Below are positions 18,479 through 28,802 of a stretch of DNA of 64,000 bases, piece by piece. Source of the DNA: a bacterium (GTDB taxonomy: Bacteria; Desulfobacterota; JADFVX01); contig JAVVFD010000001.1 of assembly GCA_032250935.1 (NCBI GenBank), positions 10,976 to 74,975 of the forward strand. Direction: 5' to 3'. The position numbers and the translations under genes are program-made. The notes beneath the pieces were generated by a model. It was not told the DNA's origin. It did no database searches and worked only from the letters and a program-made list of their open reading frames with translations. Positions within the stretch are counted from its first letter, which is position 1, and each line of letters starts with the position of its first letter.

Positions 18479-19374
18479 AACGATTTTTGATTATTCCGCT
18501 TTTAGTTCTCTGTTCCAGTAAGGCTCTATTTGCCGAGACCTTCTCAGATGATATGGGCAGGCTTGTTGAAATCAAGGAGAACCCCTCAAGGATAGTCTCT
18601 CTTGCCCCGCATATAACGGAAATCCTCTTTGCCCTTGATTTGGGTAAAAAGGTAGTTGGCGTTACACAATATAGCGACTATCCTGAAGAGGCCAGAAATA
18701 AGGAAAGGGTCGGCAGTTACGTTAAGTTGAATCTAGAAAAAATCGTATCTCTATCGCCTGACCTCGTTCTTGCCACAGCCGATGGGAATCCTAAGGCGGT
18801 AGTGGACAGGCTGGGTTCTATCGGCATTCCGGTTTATGTGGTAAATGCGGGAGGAATTAAAGATATATACGGCAATATCCGCTCCATCGGGATAGTAACT
18901 GGGAAAAGTAAAAAGGCTGATCTCATAGCTGAAAAACTGGAAAACAGGATAAACTCCGTTGTAGATAAGGTAAAAAAGCTTGCCAGGCCCAGGGTATTTA
19001 TTCAGCTCGGCTACAGCCCCCTTTATACGGCAGGCAAAAATACCTTTGTCGATGATCTTATAACCCTCGCCGGCGGGAAAAATATTGCGGGAAAGGAAAA
19101 GATAAGTTATCCCGTCTACAGTACGGAAGAGCTGCTGAATAAAGAGCCTGAAGTCGTATTTTCAGTTCTCATGGGCTCTGAAGTCGATATAAAGACGGAC
19201 ACCTTCTGGAATCAGTGGCACACTCTACCGGCCGTAAGGGATGGCCGTATCTATTACGTTGATCCCGATATTGTCAACCGACCATCGCCGAGGATTGCCG
19301 CGGGGCTGGAATTACTTGCGCGCAAGCTTCATCCGGGGGTCTTTGAAGATTCAGGGGGAAAAGGGGATAAGTGA
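18475..19374 (+). CDS. btuF: Periplasmic cobalamin/iron-siderophore ABC substrate-binding protein (BtuF-like)
   Basis: Signal peptide and a class III substrate-binding-protein fold (VVSLAPHITEILFALDL...). GTG start overlaps the cbiX stop. Confidence 0.75.
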   Translation: MKRFLIIPLLVLCSSKALFAETFSDDMGRLVEIKENPSRIVSLAPHITEILFALDLGKKVVGVTQYSDYPEEARNKERVGSYVKLNLEKIVSLSPDLVLATADGNPKAVVDRLGSIGIPVYVVNAGGIKDIYGNIRSIGIVTGKSKKADLIAEKLENRINSVVDKVKKLARPRVFIQLGYSPLYTAGKNTFVDDLITLAGGKNIAGKEKISYPVYSTEELLNKEPEVVFSVLMGSEVDIKTDTFWNQWHTLPAVRDGRIYYVDPDIVNRPSPRIAAGLELLARKLHPGVFEDSGGKGDK

Positions 19375-20393
19375 TGGACTTGGCCCCAAAAAGGTTTAAA
19401 CTTCGTATGTTTGGGATAGCTCTACTGGTTGTCTTATCCATACTTGCTCTTCTAGTTTCAGTCGGCATAGGCAGTGTAAGCGTGCCGCTTGGCGACATAT
19501 TGAAAATATGTCTTGGAGAGAAGGCGTCGACTGCCGTTGCGAATTCTGCAATTATCATCATGGAGATACGCCTTCCCAGGGTTCTTACCGCATTTATTGC
19601 CGGGGCTGTTCTGGCCGTTGCCGGGGCATCCTTCCAGGCCCTTCTCAGGAACCCGCTGGCTGATCCCTTCATACTGGGCGTCTCAGGAGGGGCAGCGCTT
19701 GGCGGAGTAATGGCAATAGTCTTGGGTTTTTCATTTGACGGGTTTTCAATTCAACTCTTCGCATTCATAGGAGCGCTTGCGACAATACTATTCGTATATT
19801 CCATATCGATCGTTGACGGGCGGATACCGAAATACAAGATGCTTCTTGCAGGGGTCATCGTCAATTCCTTTCTCTCCGCACTTATAATGCTCGTACTCTC
19901 CCTTGCCGGTGAGGACTCTCTCGCGTCGGCCCTCTTCTGGCTTATGGGTGACCTCAGCAGCGCAAGCTGGAACAGGACCCTTACCGGCATACCGTATCTC
20001 ACTGCAGGACTGGCGATTCTTTATATGATGAGCAAGGAGATGAATCTGCTCCTGCTCGGCGAGGAGCAGGCGAGAGAGCTCGGTGTGAATACGGAGCGGA
20101 TAAAGCTTCTCATATTCGTTTCGGCATCCCTCATTACGGGTGTAGTCGTCTCGGCATGCGGTCTCATAGGTTTTGTCGGACTCATCATCCCCCATGCGGT
20201 CAGGCTGATATGGGGCGCTGATCATAGATTTCTCATCCCTGCATCGCTCTTTCTGGGAGGCATATTTCTTACCCTCTCCGACATGGTGGCGAGAACGGTA
20301 ATTGCGCCTGTCGAGCTTCCCGTAGGGGTGATAACCGCCCTTATTGGTGGCCCGGTCTTTGTATACCTGATGAAAAAGAGGCTGCATGAATAA
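19371..20393 (+). CDS. btuC: FecCD-family ABC permease (BtuC-like)
   Basis: About 9 transmembrane helices and the C-terminal ALIGGPVFVYLM FecCD signature. Confidence 0.8.
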   Translation: MMDLAPKRFKLRMFGIALLVVLSILALLVSVGIGSVSVPLGDILKICLGEKASTAVANSAIIIMEIRLPRVLTAFIAGAVLAVAGASFQALLRNPLADPFILGVSGGAALGGVMAIVLGFSFDGFSIQLFAFIGALATILFVYSISIVDGRIPKYKMLLAGVIVNSFLSALIMLVLSLAGEDSLASALFWLMGDLSSASWNRTLTGIPYLTAGLAILYMMSKEMNLLLLGEEQARELGVNTERIKLLIFVSASLITGVVVSACGLIGFVGLIIPHAVRLIWGADHRFLIPASLFLGGIFLTLSDMVARTVIAPVELPVGVITALIGGPVFVYLMKKRLHE

Positions 20394-21183
20394 GCATGTC
20401 GTAAAGGTTGATGAGCTCCACTTCGGCTATGACGGGGAAGAGATATTGAAAGGGATATCCCTCACCCTTGAGAAAGGTGAAGTCCTGGGGGTAATAGGTC
20501 CGAACGGTTCCGGTAAGAGCACACTTTTAAAGCTTATATCCGGCCTCATTAATCCCTGGAAAGGGGATGTCTTCATAAAGGATCGGCCCGTTGCTTCATA
20601 CAGCAGGCGAGCTATTGCACAGATCATTGCATCGGTATCCCAGGAGATAGAGAGGGACTTTCCCTTTACCGTAAGGGAGGTTGTATCCATGGGGAGGGCG
20701 CCCTATATCGGCCGTTTTGCTATTGAAGGAAAGAGAGATAAAAAGGTAATAGATGAGGCGCTTGAGCTTACGGATATTGATCACTATGGGGAGAGATTGC
20801 CCTACCAGCTAAGCGGAGGTGAAAGACAGAGGATGGTCATAGCCAGGGCGCTGGTCCAGGAGCCGGAGGTGCTGCTCATGGATGAGCCGACATCACATTT
20901 AGATCTCAAGCACCAGATGGAGATCAACAGGCTGATTCTCGGCCTGAAGAAGGAGAAAAATCTCGGAGTGATTTATGTCACACATGACCTCAATATTGCC
21001 GCAGAGTGCTGCGACAGGATTGTCATGATGGGAAGGGGAGAGATACGCGCCTCTGGTAGCCCCTTTGACGTTATTACGGGGGATAATATAGAGGAAGTTT
21101 ACGGTTGTCGCACCATTGTGGATGAAAATCCCGAGACAGGGAGGCCGAGGGTGACGCCACTCATGGAGCTGATAAATGGTTAA
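20386..21183 (+). CDS. btuD: ABC transporter ATP-binding protein (BtuD/FepC-like)
   Basis: Walker A GPNGSGKST, the LSGGERQR signature and Walker B LLMDEP. Confidence 0.8.
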   Translation: MNKHVVKVDELHFGYDGEEILKGISLTLEKGEVLGVIGPNGSGKSTLLKLISGLINPWKGDVFIKDRPVASYSRRAIAQIIASVSQEIERDFPFTVREVVSMGRAPYIGRFAIEGKRDKKVIDEALELTDIDHYGERLPYQLSGGERQRMVIARALVQEPEVLLMDEPTSHLDLKHQMEINRLILGLKKEKNLGVIYVTHDLNIAAECCDRIVMMGRGEIRASGSPFDVITGDNIEEVYGCRTIVDENPETGRPRVTPLMELING

Positions 21184-22720
21184 GTCATTAATGGTACAGG
21201 GGACAGGCTCTCATGTAGGCAAGTCCATACTTACGGCTGCGCTCTGCCGTATCTTCAGGGACAGGGGGATTAACGTCGCCCCCTTCAAATCGCAGAATAT
21301 GGCTTTAAATTCATTCATTACCGAATCGGGCGGAGAGATGGGCAGGGCCCAGGTTGTGCAGGCTGAGGCGGCAGGGCTTATCCCTTGCGTGGATATGAAC
21401 CCCATCCTTATAAAACCTCATGCAGATATGGAGGCTCAGGTAATCATTCAGGGGAAGGTGCATGGTAATTTCTCAGCAAAGGATTTCCATAATTTTAAGA
21501 GCAAGGCTATGCCTTTTGTTGAGGATAGTTACAAGCGCCTTGCAAAGCGGCATGAACTGATAGTCATTGAAGGTGCAGGCTCTCCGGCCGAAATAAACCT
21601 CAGGGAAAACGACATCGCCAATATGGGAACGGCTCATCTGGTAGACGCGCCGGTTCTTCTGGTTGGAGATATAGACAAGGGGGGTGTCTTCGCCTCTATT
21701 GTGGGGACGCTGGAGCTGCTCGATGAAGCCGACAGGAGCAGGATCAAAGGTTTTATAATAAATAAGTTCAGGGGAGATATTTCGCTTCTGAAACCGGGTC
21801 TGGATTTTCTGGAGGAAAGGACGGGGCTCCCTGTACTGGGCGTCATACCTTACTTCAGGGATATCTACATCCAGGAGGAGGACAGCGTAAATCTGGAAAG
21901 TCTATCTCCTTCATCTTCCGGAGGTGCAGGAAAGATCAGGGTCGCCCTTTTGTACCTTCCCCATATCTCCAACTTTACGGACTTTGATCCCCTGGAAAGG
22001 GAAGAGGACGTGGATCTCAGGTATGTCAGGCAGGGGGAAAGGATAGGCGATGCGGACATAATCATTATTCCCGGCTCTAAAAGTACAATATCGGACCTTG
22101 GTTACCTCAGAAAGGCGGGATATGCCGATGAGATCAGGAAGCATGTCGAAAGAGGGGGCAGGCTCATCGGCATCTGCGGTGGTTACCAGATGCTGGGGGA
22201 GAGCATATCCGATCCTTGCAGGGTGGAAGCAGGAGGGGAGCTTGAAGGCCTCGGTCTCCTTGATATAGAAACGGCATTGAAAGAGAGCAAGGAGACCCAT
22301 CAGGTGGCGGCGGTGCAGGTTGGCAGGGAAAATATACTCAAGGGCTACGAGATTCATATGGGGGAAAGCTCCTATCTGAATGGCGCGTCTCCCCTCTTTG
22401 AAATCAAAATAAGGGGAGCTGGTGACGTAAAGGTCGGAGACGGGGCAATGTCGTTCGATGGAAGAGTATGGGGGACTTATATCCACGGTATATTTGACAA
22501 CGATGATTTTAGAAAAAGCGTGCTTGATGAAGTGAGGAAAGAAAAGGGTGTAACTACGGGAGATAAGGGGTCCGCTTATACCGATCTGAAGGAAGAAGGA
22601 TACAGGCAGCTCGCAGAGCTTGTGGAGTCAAATCTGGATATGGAGGCGATTTGCCGGATAGCCGGACTGCATGCGGCGAAGCCTGAAGAAGAGAGGAAAG
22701 AGAGGGAGGAAGCGGGCTAG
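21176..22720 (+). CDS. cobQ: Cobyric acid synthase (CobQ/CbiP)
   Basis: CobQ-type N-terminal P-loop domain (GTGSHVGKS) and a C-terminal glutamine amidotransferase domain (GICGGYQMLG). Confidence 0.85.
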   Translation: MVKSLMVQGTGSHVGKSILTAALCRIFRDRGINVAPFKSQNMALNSFITESGGEMGRAQVVQAEAAGLIPCVDMNPILIKPHADMEAQVIIQGKVHGNFSAKDFHNFKSKAMPFVEDSYKRLAKRHELIVIEGAGSPAEINLRENDIANMGTAHLVDAPVLLVGDIDKGGVFASIVGTLELLDEADRSRIKGFIINKFRGDISLLKPGLDFLEERTGLPVLGVIPYFRDIYIQEEDSVNLESLSPSSSGGAGKIRVALLYLPHISNFTDFDPLEREEDVDLRYVRQGERIGDADIIIIPGSKSTISDLGYLRKAGYADEIRKHVERGGRLIGICGGYQMLGESISDPCRVEAGGELEGLGLLDIETALKESKETHQVAAVQVGRENILKGYEIHMGESSYLNGASPLFEIKIRGAGDVKVGDGAMSFDGRVWGTYIHGIFDNDDFRKSVLDEVRKEKGVTTGDKGSAYTDLKEEGYRQLAELVESNLDMEAICRIAGLHAAKPEEERKEREEAG

Positions 22721-22721
22721 T

Positions 22722-23057
22722 ATGTGCATCCCATCGAAAGATATAATTTTAAGGCGAGTTGACGCTAAAAACTACCTTTTTGAGAAATGCCCCTGGTATG
22801 CGTGTCACTCAGAACTTGAGACATGCAACATGTGCTTTTGCATCTTTTACCCTTGCGAAGATGCAAAACTGGGTGAGTATGTAATCTCCAGCAAGGGGGG
22901 CAAGGTATGGTCCTGCATGAATTGCAACTGGGCGCACCGTGTGGAGACAATGGATGCGCTGAGGGAGTTTATGAAGAATGAAGCAAATCGTAAAATGGGG
23001 CCGGGTGAACTTTACAAAGCTTTTATTAAAAGTATGAAGTCCGGCAGTCAAGAGTAA
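22722..23057 (+). CDS. Cysteine-rich small-domain protein, a metal-binding family I believe is recurrent in cobalamin gene neighbourhoods
   Basis: ATG 2 nt after the cobQ stop. About 11 Cys arranged as C..C...C.C.C...C...C..C. Confidence 0.45.
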   Translation: MCIPSKDIILRRVDAKNYLFEKCPWYACHSELETCNMCFCIFYPCEDAKLGEYVISSKGGKVWSCMNCNWAHRVETMDALREFMKNEANRKMGPGELYKAFIKSMKSGSQE

Positions 23058-23065
23058 AAATCAAT

Positions 23066-23262
23066 ACCTTGCGGTCAAGGGAATACGGTTAAAATCCGTA
23101 GCTGTCCCGCAACTGTAATGGGAACGAAAGTCGCAGAAGCCACTGTCTCTATTTCCCCCTCTTCCTCTGGGAGCACCCAGAGGGCATAAAAGGGTTGGGA
23201 TGAGGGGACGGGAAGGCGCGGTGAGTAGGATGCCCAGAGCCAGGAGACCTGACGCAAGGTAA
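23066..23262 (+). ncRNA. Second cobalamin riboswitch, upstream of btuB
   Basis: 5' core AAGGGAATACGGTTAAAATCCGTAGCTGTCCCGCAACTGT, and a 3' segment GACGGGAAGGCGCGGTGAGTAGGATGCCCAGAGCCAGGAGACCTG that is nearly identical to riboswitch 1. Confidence 0.7.
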
Positions 23263-23389
23263 AACACTTAATCCTTTCGAGGCAGAAGGAGGAGCGTTAT
23301 GCAGACAGTTGAAGACGGTTAGACCTGGAGAGGGATTACTTTAGATTAAGACAAATCATATAATTCTCTTTCAAGGAGCAAGAAGAACA

Positions 23390-25255
23390 ATGAAGAAAAT
23401 CTTTTTTATTTTTTTATTTATGTGTGTGATATTCCCATCCTTCGCGGGGGCCCAGGAAACTGTTTATTTTGAAAAGATGGTTATAACAGCTACGAGAACT
23501 GAAGAGCCTGTTGAATCCGTCGCATCTTCCGTGACGGTGATAACAGCCGAGGAGATAGAAGCAAGACAGGCGACAACGGTATTGGAGCTTCTAAGAAGTG
23601 TTAAAGGATTTGATGTTGTACAGAATGGAGGTATAGGGAAAAGAACAAGTGTCTTCGTCAGAGGAGGAAACTCCGGTCACATCCTGGTTATGATAGATGG
23701 TGTTCAGGTCAACAGTCCCACAACAGGCAGTTATGATTTTGCAAATCTTACAGTCGACAATATTGATAGGATCGAAATCATTAGAGGTCCGCAAAGTCCT
23801 TTATATGGATCCGATGCAATGGCTGGGGTTATCAATATAATTAGGAAGAGGGGGAAAGGTGCGCCTACCTTGATCATAACGGAAGAAGGGGGCACTTTCG
23901 AAACCTACAGGAATAGTTTTTCTGCGGCGGGAAGTACTGAAAAATTAAGCTATTCTGTGTCAATATCAAGAATGGAAACGGAAGGCTTTTCTTCAGCTTC
24001 GGAAAAAAACGGGAACACTGAAGATGATGGTTACGAGAATAAGAGTCTTTCCGGGAAAGTAGGTCTGAAATTTTCAGCGAGTCTCGGTATTGATCTTGGT
24101 ATAAGTTATTCGGAAGCAAGGTCAGATCTCGACTATTATTATGATTCCGGCACTTATGAAATGACGCCTGACGCTCTTAATTATGAAATGGGAACAAAAG
24201 CGTTTACGCCCTATATTAAGGCCGTGCAGAAGATAAATAATAACTGGGATCATACTATTATGGCTTCACTGGATGAAACTTCAGTTACTGAAAAAAAAGA
24301 TTCAACCACAACCTCGGAAATTGATACTACTGTAAAAAATATAAATTGGCAGCACAATTTATATTTAGCTGAAGAAACTAATACACTGACTTTCGGCGTT
24401 GAGTATGAGGAACAGGAAGGTGAAAATGGTGGTGAGGGTAATTTTAAAAAGTATATTCATAACAAAGCCTTTTATTTGCAGGACCAGGCTTCCATCTTTA
24501 ATGAACGACTGAATGTTTCCCTCGGTGTGAGAGTTGACGATCATAATATCTTTGGTGAAGAGACGACTTCCAGGATAACGGCTTTGTATAATTTAAACTC
24601 AATAGGCACTAAATTCAAAGGGAGCTGGGGTAGTGCTTTCAAGGCCCCTAGCTTGAATGATCTTTACTACAATGCATCATGGGGAATTGGAAATCCCGAG
24701 CTTAAACCGGAAAAAAGCACAGGATATGATATTGGATTCGAGCAAGAGATCAGCGATTTGATTTTAATTTCTGCCAATTATTTCGAGAATGATTTCAAGA
24801 ATCTTATTCAGTGGGACTGGTCAATATATCCCATGACACCTGAAAATATTTCCAAAGCTGAAACCAAAGGCTATGAGTTTGGTTTCAATTTTAAACCTGT
24901 AAGCAGTTTTTATATAGATGCATCCTGTACTCTTTTGGATACAGAAGACAAATCGACAGGAAATGAACTGGCAAGAAGGGCTAATAACAAAGGAGCTATT
25001 ACAGTTGGCTGGACGCCTGAGAAGGCAGGCTTTAATCTGACTGTTAATAAAATAGGTAAAAGATGGGATAACGGCGGCAATACGAATAAGTTAAGATCCT
25101 ACACAAAAGTCGATTTTGCAGCTTCTTTTGACATTACGAAAAATCTTACTCTCTTTGGCAGAGGGGAAAACCTTCTTAATGAAGATTATGAAGAAGCAAA
25201 AGGTTATGGCACTGCCGGAATTTCTTATTATGGCGGCCTGAAGGCCAGTTTCTAG
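23390..25255 (+). CDS. btuB: TonB-dependent outer-membrane receptor (vitamin B12 transporter BtuB-like)
   Basis: Signal peptide, a TonB box and plug (ETVYFEKMVITATR), and a C-terminal beta-barrel ending in an aromatic residue. Confidence 0.8.
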   Translation: MKKIFFIFLFMCVIFPSFAGAQETVYFEKMVITATRTEEPVESVASSVTVITAEEIEARQATTVLELLRSVKGFDVVQNGGIGKRTSVFVRGGNSGHILVMIDGVQVNSPTTGSYDFANLTVDNIDRIEIIRGPQSPLYGSDAMAGVINIIRKRGKGAPTLIITEEGGTFETYRNSFSAAGSTEKLSYSVSISRMETEGFSSASEKNGNTEDDGYENKSLSGKVGLKFSASLGIDLGISYSEARSDLDYYYDSGTYEMTPDALNYEMGTKAFTPYIKAVQKINNNWDHTIMASLDETSVTEKKDSTTTSEIDTTVKNINWQHNLYLAEETNTLTFGVEYEEQEGENGGEGNFKKYIHNKAFYLQDQASIFNERLNVSLGVRVDDHNIFGEETTSRITALYNLNSIGTKFKGSWGSAFKAPSLNDLYYNASWGIGNPELKPEKSTGYDIGFEQEISDLILISANYFENDFKNLIQWDWSIYPMTPENISKAETKGYEFGFNFKPVSSFYIDASCTLLDTEDKSTGNELARRANNKGAITVGWTPEKAGFNLTVNKIGKRWDNGGNTNKLRSYTKVDFAASFDITKNLTLFGRGENLLNEDYEEAKGYGTAGISYYGGLKASF

Positions 25256-25261
25256 GAAGTG

Positions 25262-25292
25262 ATGCCCTCTCTCCTTGCGGAGAGGGGGCTTG
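25262..25292 (+). terminator. Possible hairpin terminator or attenuator after btuB
   Basis: CCCTCTCTCC-TTGC-GGAGAGGGGG, a 10-bp stem, with a weak T tract. Confidence 0.3.
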
Positions 25293-25326
25293 AAATTCAA
25301 TCGTAAAAATAAGATCAGGAGAAAAA

Positions 25327-26385
25327 ATGAGCTACATCAAGGACACAACGGATTCAATAAAAGGGCTGGATAAAGCCTTTATGGAAAAGGCCCAGGAAAG
25401 GCTCGATTCACTCACCAAACCTCAGGGGAGCCTGGGAAGGCTGGAGGAGATTGCCATGCAGGTGGCAGCAATAAGGGAAGATGAGAGGCCAAACGTTGAC
25501 AAGAAGGTGATCTTCACCTTTGCAGGCGACCACGGCGTCACCGATGAGGGCATTTCCGCCTTCCCGAAGGAGGTGACTCCCCAGATGGTCTTTAATTTCC
25601 TGAACGGCGGTGCGGGTATCAACGTCCTGGCCCGTCAGGCAGGGGCCGAGGTGGCCGTCGTTGATATCGGTGTAGACTTCGATTTCAAGGGGATGCCGGG
25701 GCTTCTGCACAGGAAGGTGGTTTCGGGAACAAGGAATATGGCCAGGGGACCCGCCATGACGAGGGATGAGGCGGAGCGCTGCCTCCTTGTGGGGATCGAT
25801 CTGGCCGAGGAGTATGCCGGAAAAGGATACAGCCTCTTTGGGACAGGTGAGATGGGGATAGGCAATACTACGCCTTCAAGCGCCATTATCGCAGTAATAT
25901 CGGGGAAGGATGCAGCTGAGGTGACCGGCAAGGGTACGGGTATAGACGGCTCCGCCTTTGACAACAAGGTGAAAGTGATTGAAAAGGCGATAGAGGTCAA
26001 TTCCCCCGACAAAAATGATCCAATCGATGTGCTGGCAAAGGTGGGGGGCGCTGAGATAGCCGGTATTGCAGGCCTCTGCCTCGGCGCCGCCGCAAACAGG
26101 ATACCCGTTCTAATAGATGGGTTTATCTCTACAGCGGGCGCTCTCATCGCCTATGAGATAGAGCCGAAGGTGAAAGAATATATGATATCGGCCCACAAGT
26201 CCGTCGAGGCGGGGCATCAATTCATGCTGAATCATATGGGCCTAAGGCCTCTGGTCGATCTGGATTTCAGACTCGGTGAAGGTACCGGAGCGGCTGTAGG
26301 GATGAATATTGTTGAGGCCGCACTAAGAATATATAACGAGATGGCGACTTTTGCCGAGGCAAGCGTGGCGGAGTCTGATAAGTAA
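25327..26385 (+). CDS. cobT: Nicotinate-nucleotide--dimethylbenzimidazole phosphoribosyltransferase
   Basis: CobT family features [16 protein letters not shown] and LIDGFIS. Confidence 0.85.
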   Translation: MSYIKDTTDSIKGLDKAFMEKAQERLDSLTKPQGSLGRLEEIAMQVAAIREDERPNVDKKVIFTFAGDHGVTDEGISAFPKEVTPQMVFNFLNGGAGINVLARQAGAEVAVVDIGVDFDFKGMPGLLHRKVVSGTRNMARGPAMTRDEAERCLLVGIDLAEEYAGKGYSLFGTGEMGIGNTTPSSAIIAVISGKDAAEVTGKGTGIDGSAFDNKVKVIEKAIEVNSPDKNDPIDVLAKVGGAEIAGIAGLCLGAAANRIPVLIDGFISTAGALIAYEIEPKVKEYMISAHKSVEAGHQFMLNHMGLRPLVDLDFRLGEGTGAAVGMNIVEAALRIYNEMATFAEASVAESDK

Positions 26386-26391
26386 CACTAG

Positions 26392-26465
26392 CCACAAAGA
26401 GACAAAGGTCACAAAAGGAGGAAGAGAGAAAAAAGTTTTTATCTGTGCTCTTTGTGTCTTTGTGG
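26392..26465. repeat. Long near-perfect inverted repeat (arms of about 16 bp, loop of about 40 nt) between cobT and dapF
   Basis: CCACAAAGAGACAAAGG ... CTTTGTGTCTTTGTGG, with a purine-rich loop AAAAGGAGGAAGAGAGAAAAAAG. Confidence 0.45.
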
Positions 26466-26592
26466 TGAAACATATTATATTTATGCCTGTCATGCCTTGT
26501 TTATGATTCTTGTCATTGTCTTAGCTCTAATGCTATATTGCTCTTTATTTTTAAGGATAAAAATGATTGAAGTTTAAGGAGATTTAAAGATA

Positions 26593-27411
26593 ATGGAAAT
26601 AAAATTTACGAAGATGCACGGCATCGGTAACGATTTTGTCCTTATAGACTGCCGTGATATAAATATTGCTGATATGAAGGCGGTTGCCCGAAAGCTCTGC
26701 GACAGAAGGTTCGGCATAGGGGCCGACCAGTTGCTTTTGCTGCACAGTTCCGACAAGGCCGATTTCAGGATGGAGATATTCAACGCCGACGGAGGAGAGG
26801 TGGAGATGTGCGGCAACGGCATAAGGTGCTTTGCAAAATACCTGACAACGCACAATCTGACAAATAAAACTGAACTGGAGATCGAGACCCTTGGCGGCAT
26901 TATACGCCCCTCTGTGAGAGAAGACCTGGTTGAGGTTAATATGGGCAAGCCAATCTTGGAAGGAAGAGAGATTCCCGTTAATCTTGATGGACGCGTTATT
27001 TCGAGATCACTCGAAATCCTGGACAGGACATTCGATATTACCTGTGTCTCTATGGGCAACCCTCACTGCGTTATATTTGTTGATGATGTTGAAAACTTTC
27101 CCCTTACGAAATTTGGCCCTCTAATTGAGAAGCATGAGATCTTCCCGAACAGGATAAACGTCGAGTTTGTCGAGGTTATGAACGATCGCGAGGTTCGCAT
27201 GCGTGTTTGGGAGAGGGGCTCGGGCGAAACGCTTGCCTGCGGCACGGGAGCCTGTGCCACGGCTGTTGCCTCCATATTGAACGGGAAAGTGGCCAGGCGA
27301 ATTACCGTACATCTGGCAGGTGGAGATCTTGATATATTATGGGGAGAGGACGAAATTGTCTATATGACCGGGGCTGCCGAAGAGGTGTTTGAAGGGGTTA
27401 TAGAGATTTAA
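26593..27411 (+). CDS. dapF: Diaminopimelate epimerase
   Basis: FTKMHGIGNDFVLID, and the two catalytic Cys (MCGNGIRC, ACGTGACA). Confidence 0.85.
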   Translation: MEIKFTKMHGIGNDFVLIDCRDINIADMKAVARKLCDRRFGIGADQLLLLHSSDKADFRMEIFNADGGEVEMCGNGIRCFAKYLTTHNLTNKTELEIETLGGIIRPSVREDLVEVNMGKPILEGREIPVNLDGRVISRSLEILDRTFDITCVSMGNPHCVIFVDDVENFPLTKFGPLIEKHEIFPNRINVEFVEVMNDREVRMRVWERGSGETLACGTGACATAVASILNGKVARRITVHLAGGDLDILWGEDEIVYMTGAAEEVFEGVIEI

Positions 27412-27431
27412 GCCCCTAAAATTAAATTGCC

Positions 27432-28802
27432 ATGAAACCTGCAAAATCCAAAACAAGGTCAGTTTATTGCTGTCAGAAATGTGGAGGGCAGAGCCCAAAG
27501 TGGATGGGACGCTGCCCCGACTGCGGCGAGTGGAACTCCCTTGTAGAGGAGACCTTTTCTGCCGCCCCCGCTGAAAAAAAGCAGGCTGCTAGATTTGCAA
27601 AAACGCCGCCAACGCCGATTAGCGATATCGAAACAAGCGCCGAGAGCCGGATTAAAAGCGGCATATCGGAGTTTGACAGGGTCCTCGGGGGGGGGATAGT
27701 AAGGGGATCTGCCGTGCTTATCGGCGGCGACCCCGGCATAGGAAAATCAACCCTTTTGCTTCAGGCAATGGAAGAACTTGCCCGAAAGGGAAATAAGGTT
27801 CTTTATGTCTCCGGGGAGGAATCTGCCGAGCAGACCAAGATGAGAGGGCTAAGGCTCGGCTCATCATCTGAAAGCCTTTACGTCCTTGCCGAGACCTCTC
27901 TTGAGACCATACTGGCCGAAATAGAGAGATTGAAGCCGAAGACCATTGTAGTCGATTCGGTTCAGACCGTCTTCACGGAGGAACTCTCGTCGGCTCCCGG
28001 AAGCATAAGCCAGGTGAGGGAAGTGGCCGGAAGGCTTATTTATGAATCCAAAAGGGATGGGATGGCGACCTTTCTTGTTGGGCACGTAACCAAGGATGGA
28101 GCTATTGCCGGGCCCAGGGTGCTTGAGCATATGGTGGATACGGTCTTATATTTCGAGGGGGAAAGAGGACATCCATACCGCGTGTTAAGAACGGTAAAGA
28201 ATCGTTTCGGATCAACAAACGAGATCGGCGTCTTCGAGATGAAGGAGCTCGGCCTTGCAGAGGTTACAAATCCCTCATCACTTTTTCTTGCCGAACGGCC
28301 CGATGATGTTTCAGGAACGGTTGTTGTTCCCAGTATGGAGGGGACAAGGCCACTTCTTTTAGAACTTCAATCCCTCGTTTCGCCATGTAATTTTGGCGCA
28401 TCAAGAAGAACTTCTATGGGAGTAGATCACAACAGGGTTTCTCTAATGGCTGCCATAATGGAGAAAAAGCTTGGGATGAAATTTATAGATATGGATATAT
28501 TCGTCAATATCGTTGGCGGAGTAAAGATAGATGAACCGGCCGCAGACCTTCCACTTGCCATATCGCTCGCATCTAGCTACCTCGACAAATCGGTGCCTAA
28601 AGATATGATTATCTTCGGTGAAATAGGCCTCGCAGGTGAAGTAAGGGGCGTAGGCCAGGCCGAACTCAGACTGAAAGAGGCTGTAAAGATGGGCTTTAAA
28701 AAGGCGCTCCTTCCTAAAAATAATATGAAGCAGTTAAAGAGTAAAGAGATTGAGCTGATTCCAGCTGTCTCGATCAAGGAGGCCCTTGATCTTGTCTTTT
28801 AG
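27432..28802 (+). CDS. radA: DNA repair protein RadA/Sms
   Basis: N-terminal C4 zinc finger (CQKCG...CPDCG), Walker A GDPGIGKST, and a Lon-like C-terminal domain. Confidence 0.9.
   Translation: MKPAKSKTRSVYCCQKCGGQSPKWMGRCPDCGEWNSLVEETFSAAPAEKKQAARFAKTPPTPISDIETSAESRIKSGISEFDRVLGGGIVRGSAVLIGGDPGIGKSTLLLQAMEELARKGNKVLYVSGEESAEQTKMRGLRLGSSSESLYVLAETSLETILAEIERLKPKTIVVDSVQTVFTEELSSAPGSISQVREVAGRLIYESKRDGMATFLVGHVTKDGAIAGPRVLEHMVDTVLYFEGERGHPYRVLRTVKNRFGSTNEIGVFEMKELGLAEVTNPSSLFLAERPDDVSGTVVVPSMEGTRPLLLELQSLVSPCNFGASRRTSMGVDHNRVSLMAAIMEKKLGMKFIDMDIFVNIVGGVKIDEPAADLPLAISLASSYLDKSVPKDMIIFGEIGLAGEVRGVGQAELRLKEAVKMGFKKALLPKNNMKQLKSKEIELIPAVSIKEALDLVF

Noticed and set aside
21911-22486. 191-aa minus-strand ORF inside cobQ
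   Set aside because: Antisense shadow ORF within a well-supported gene.
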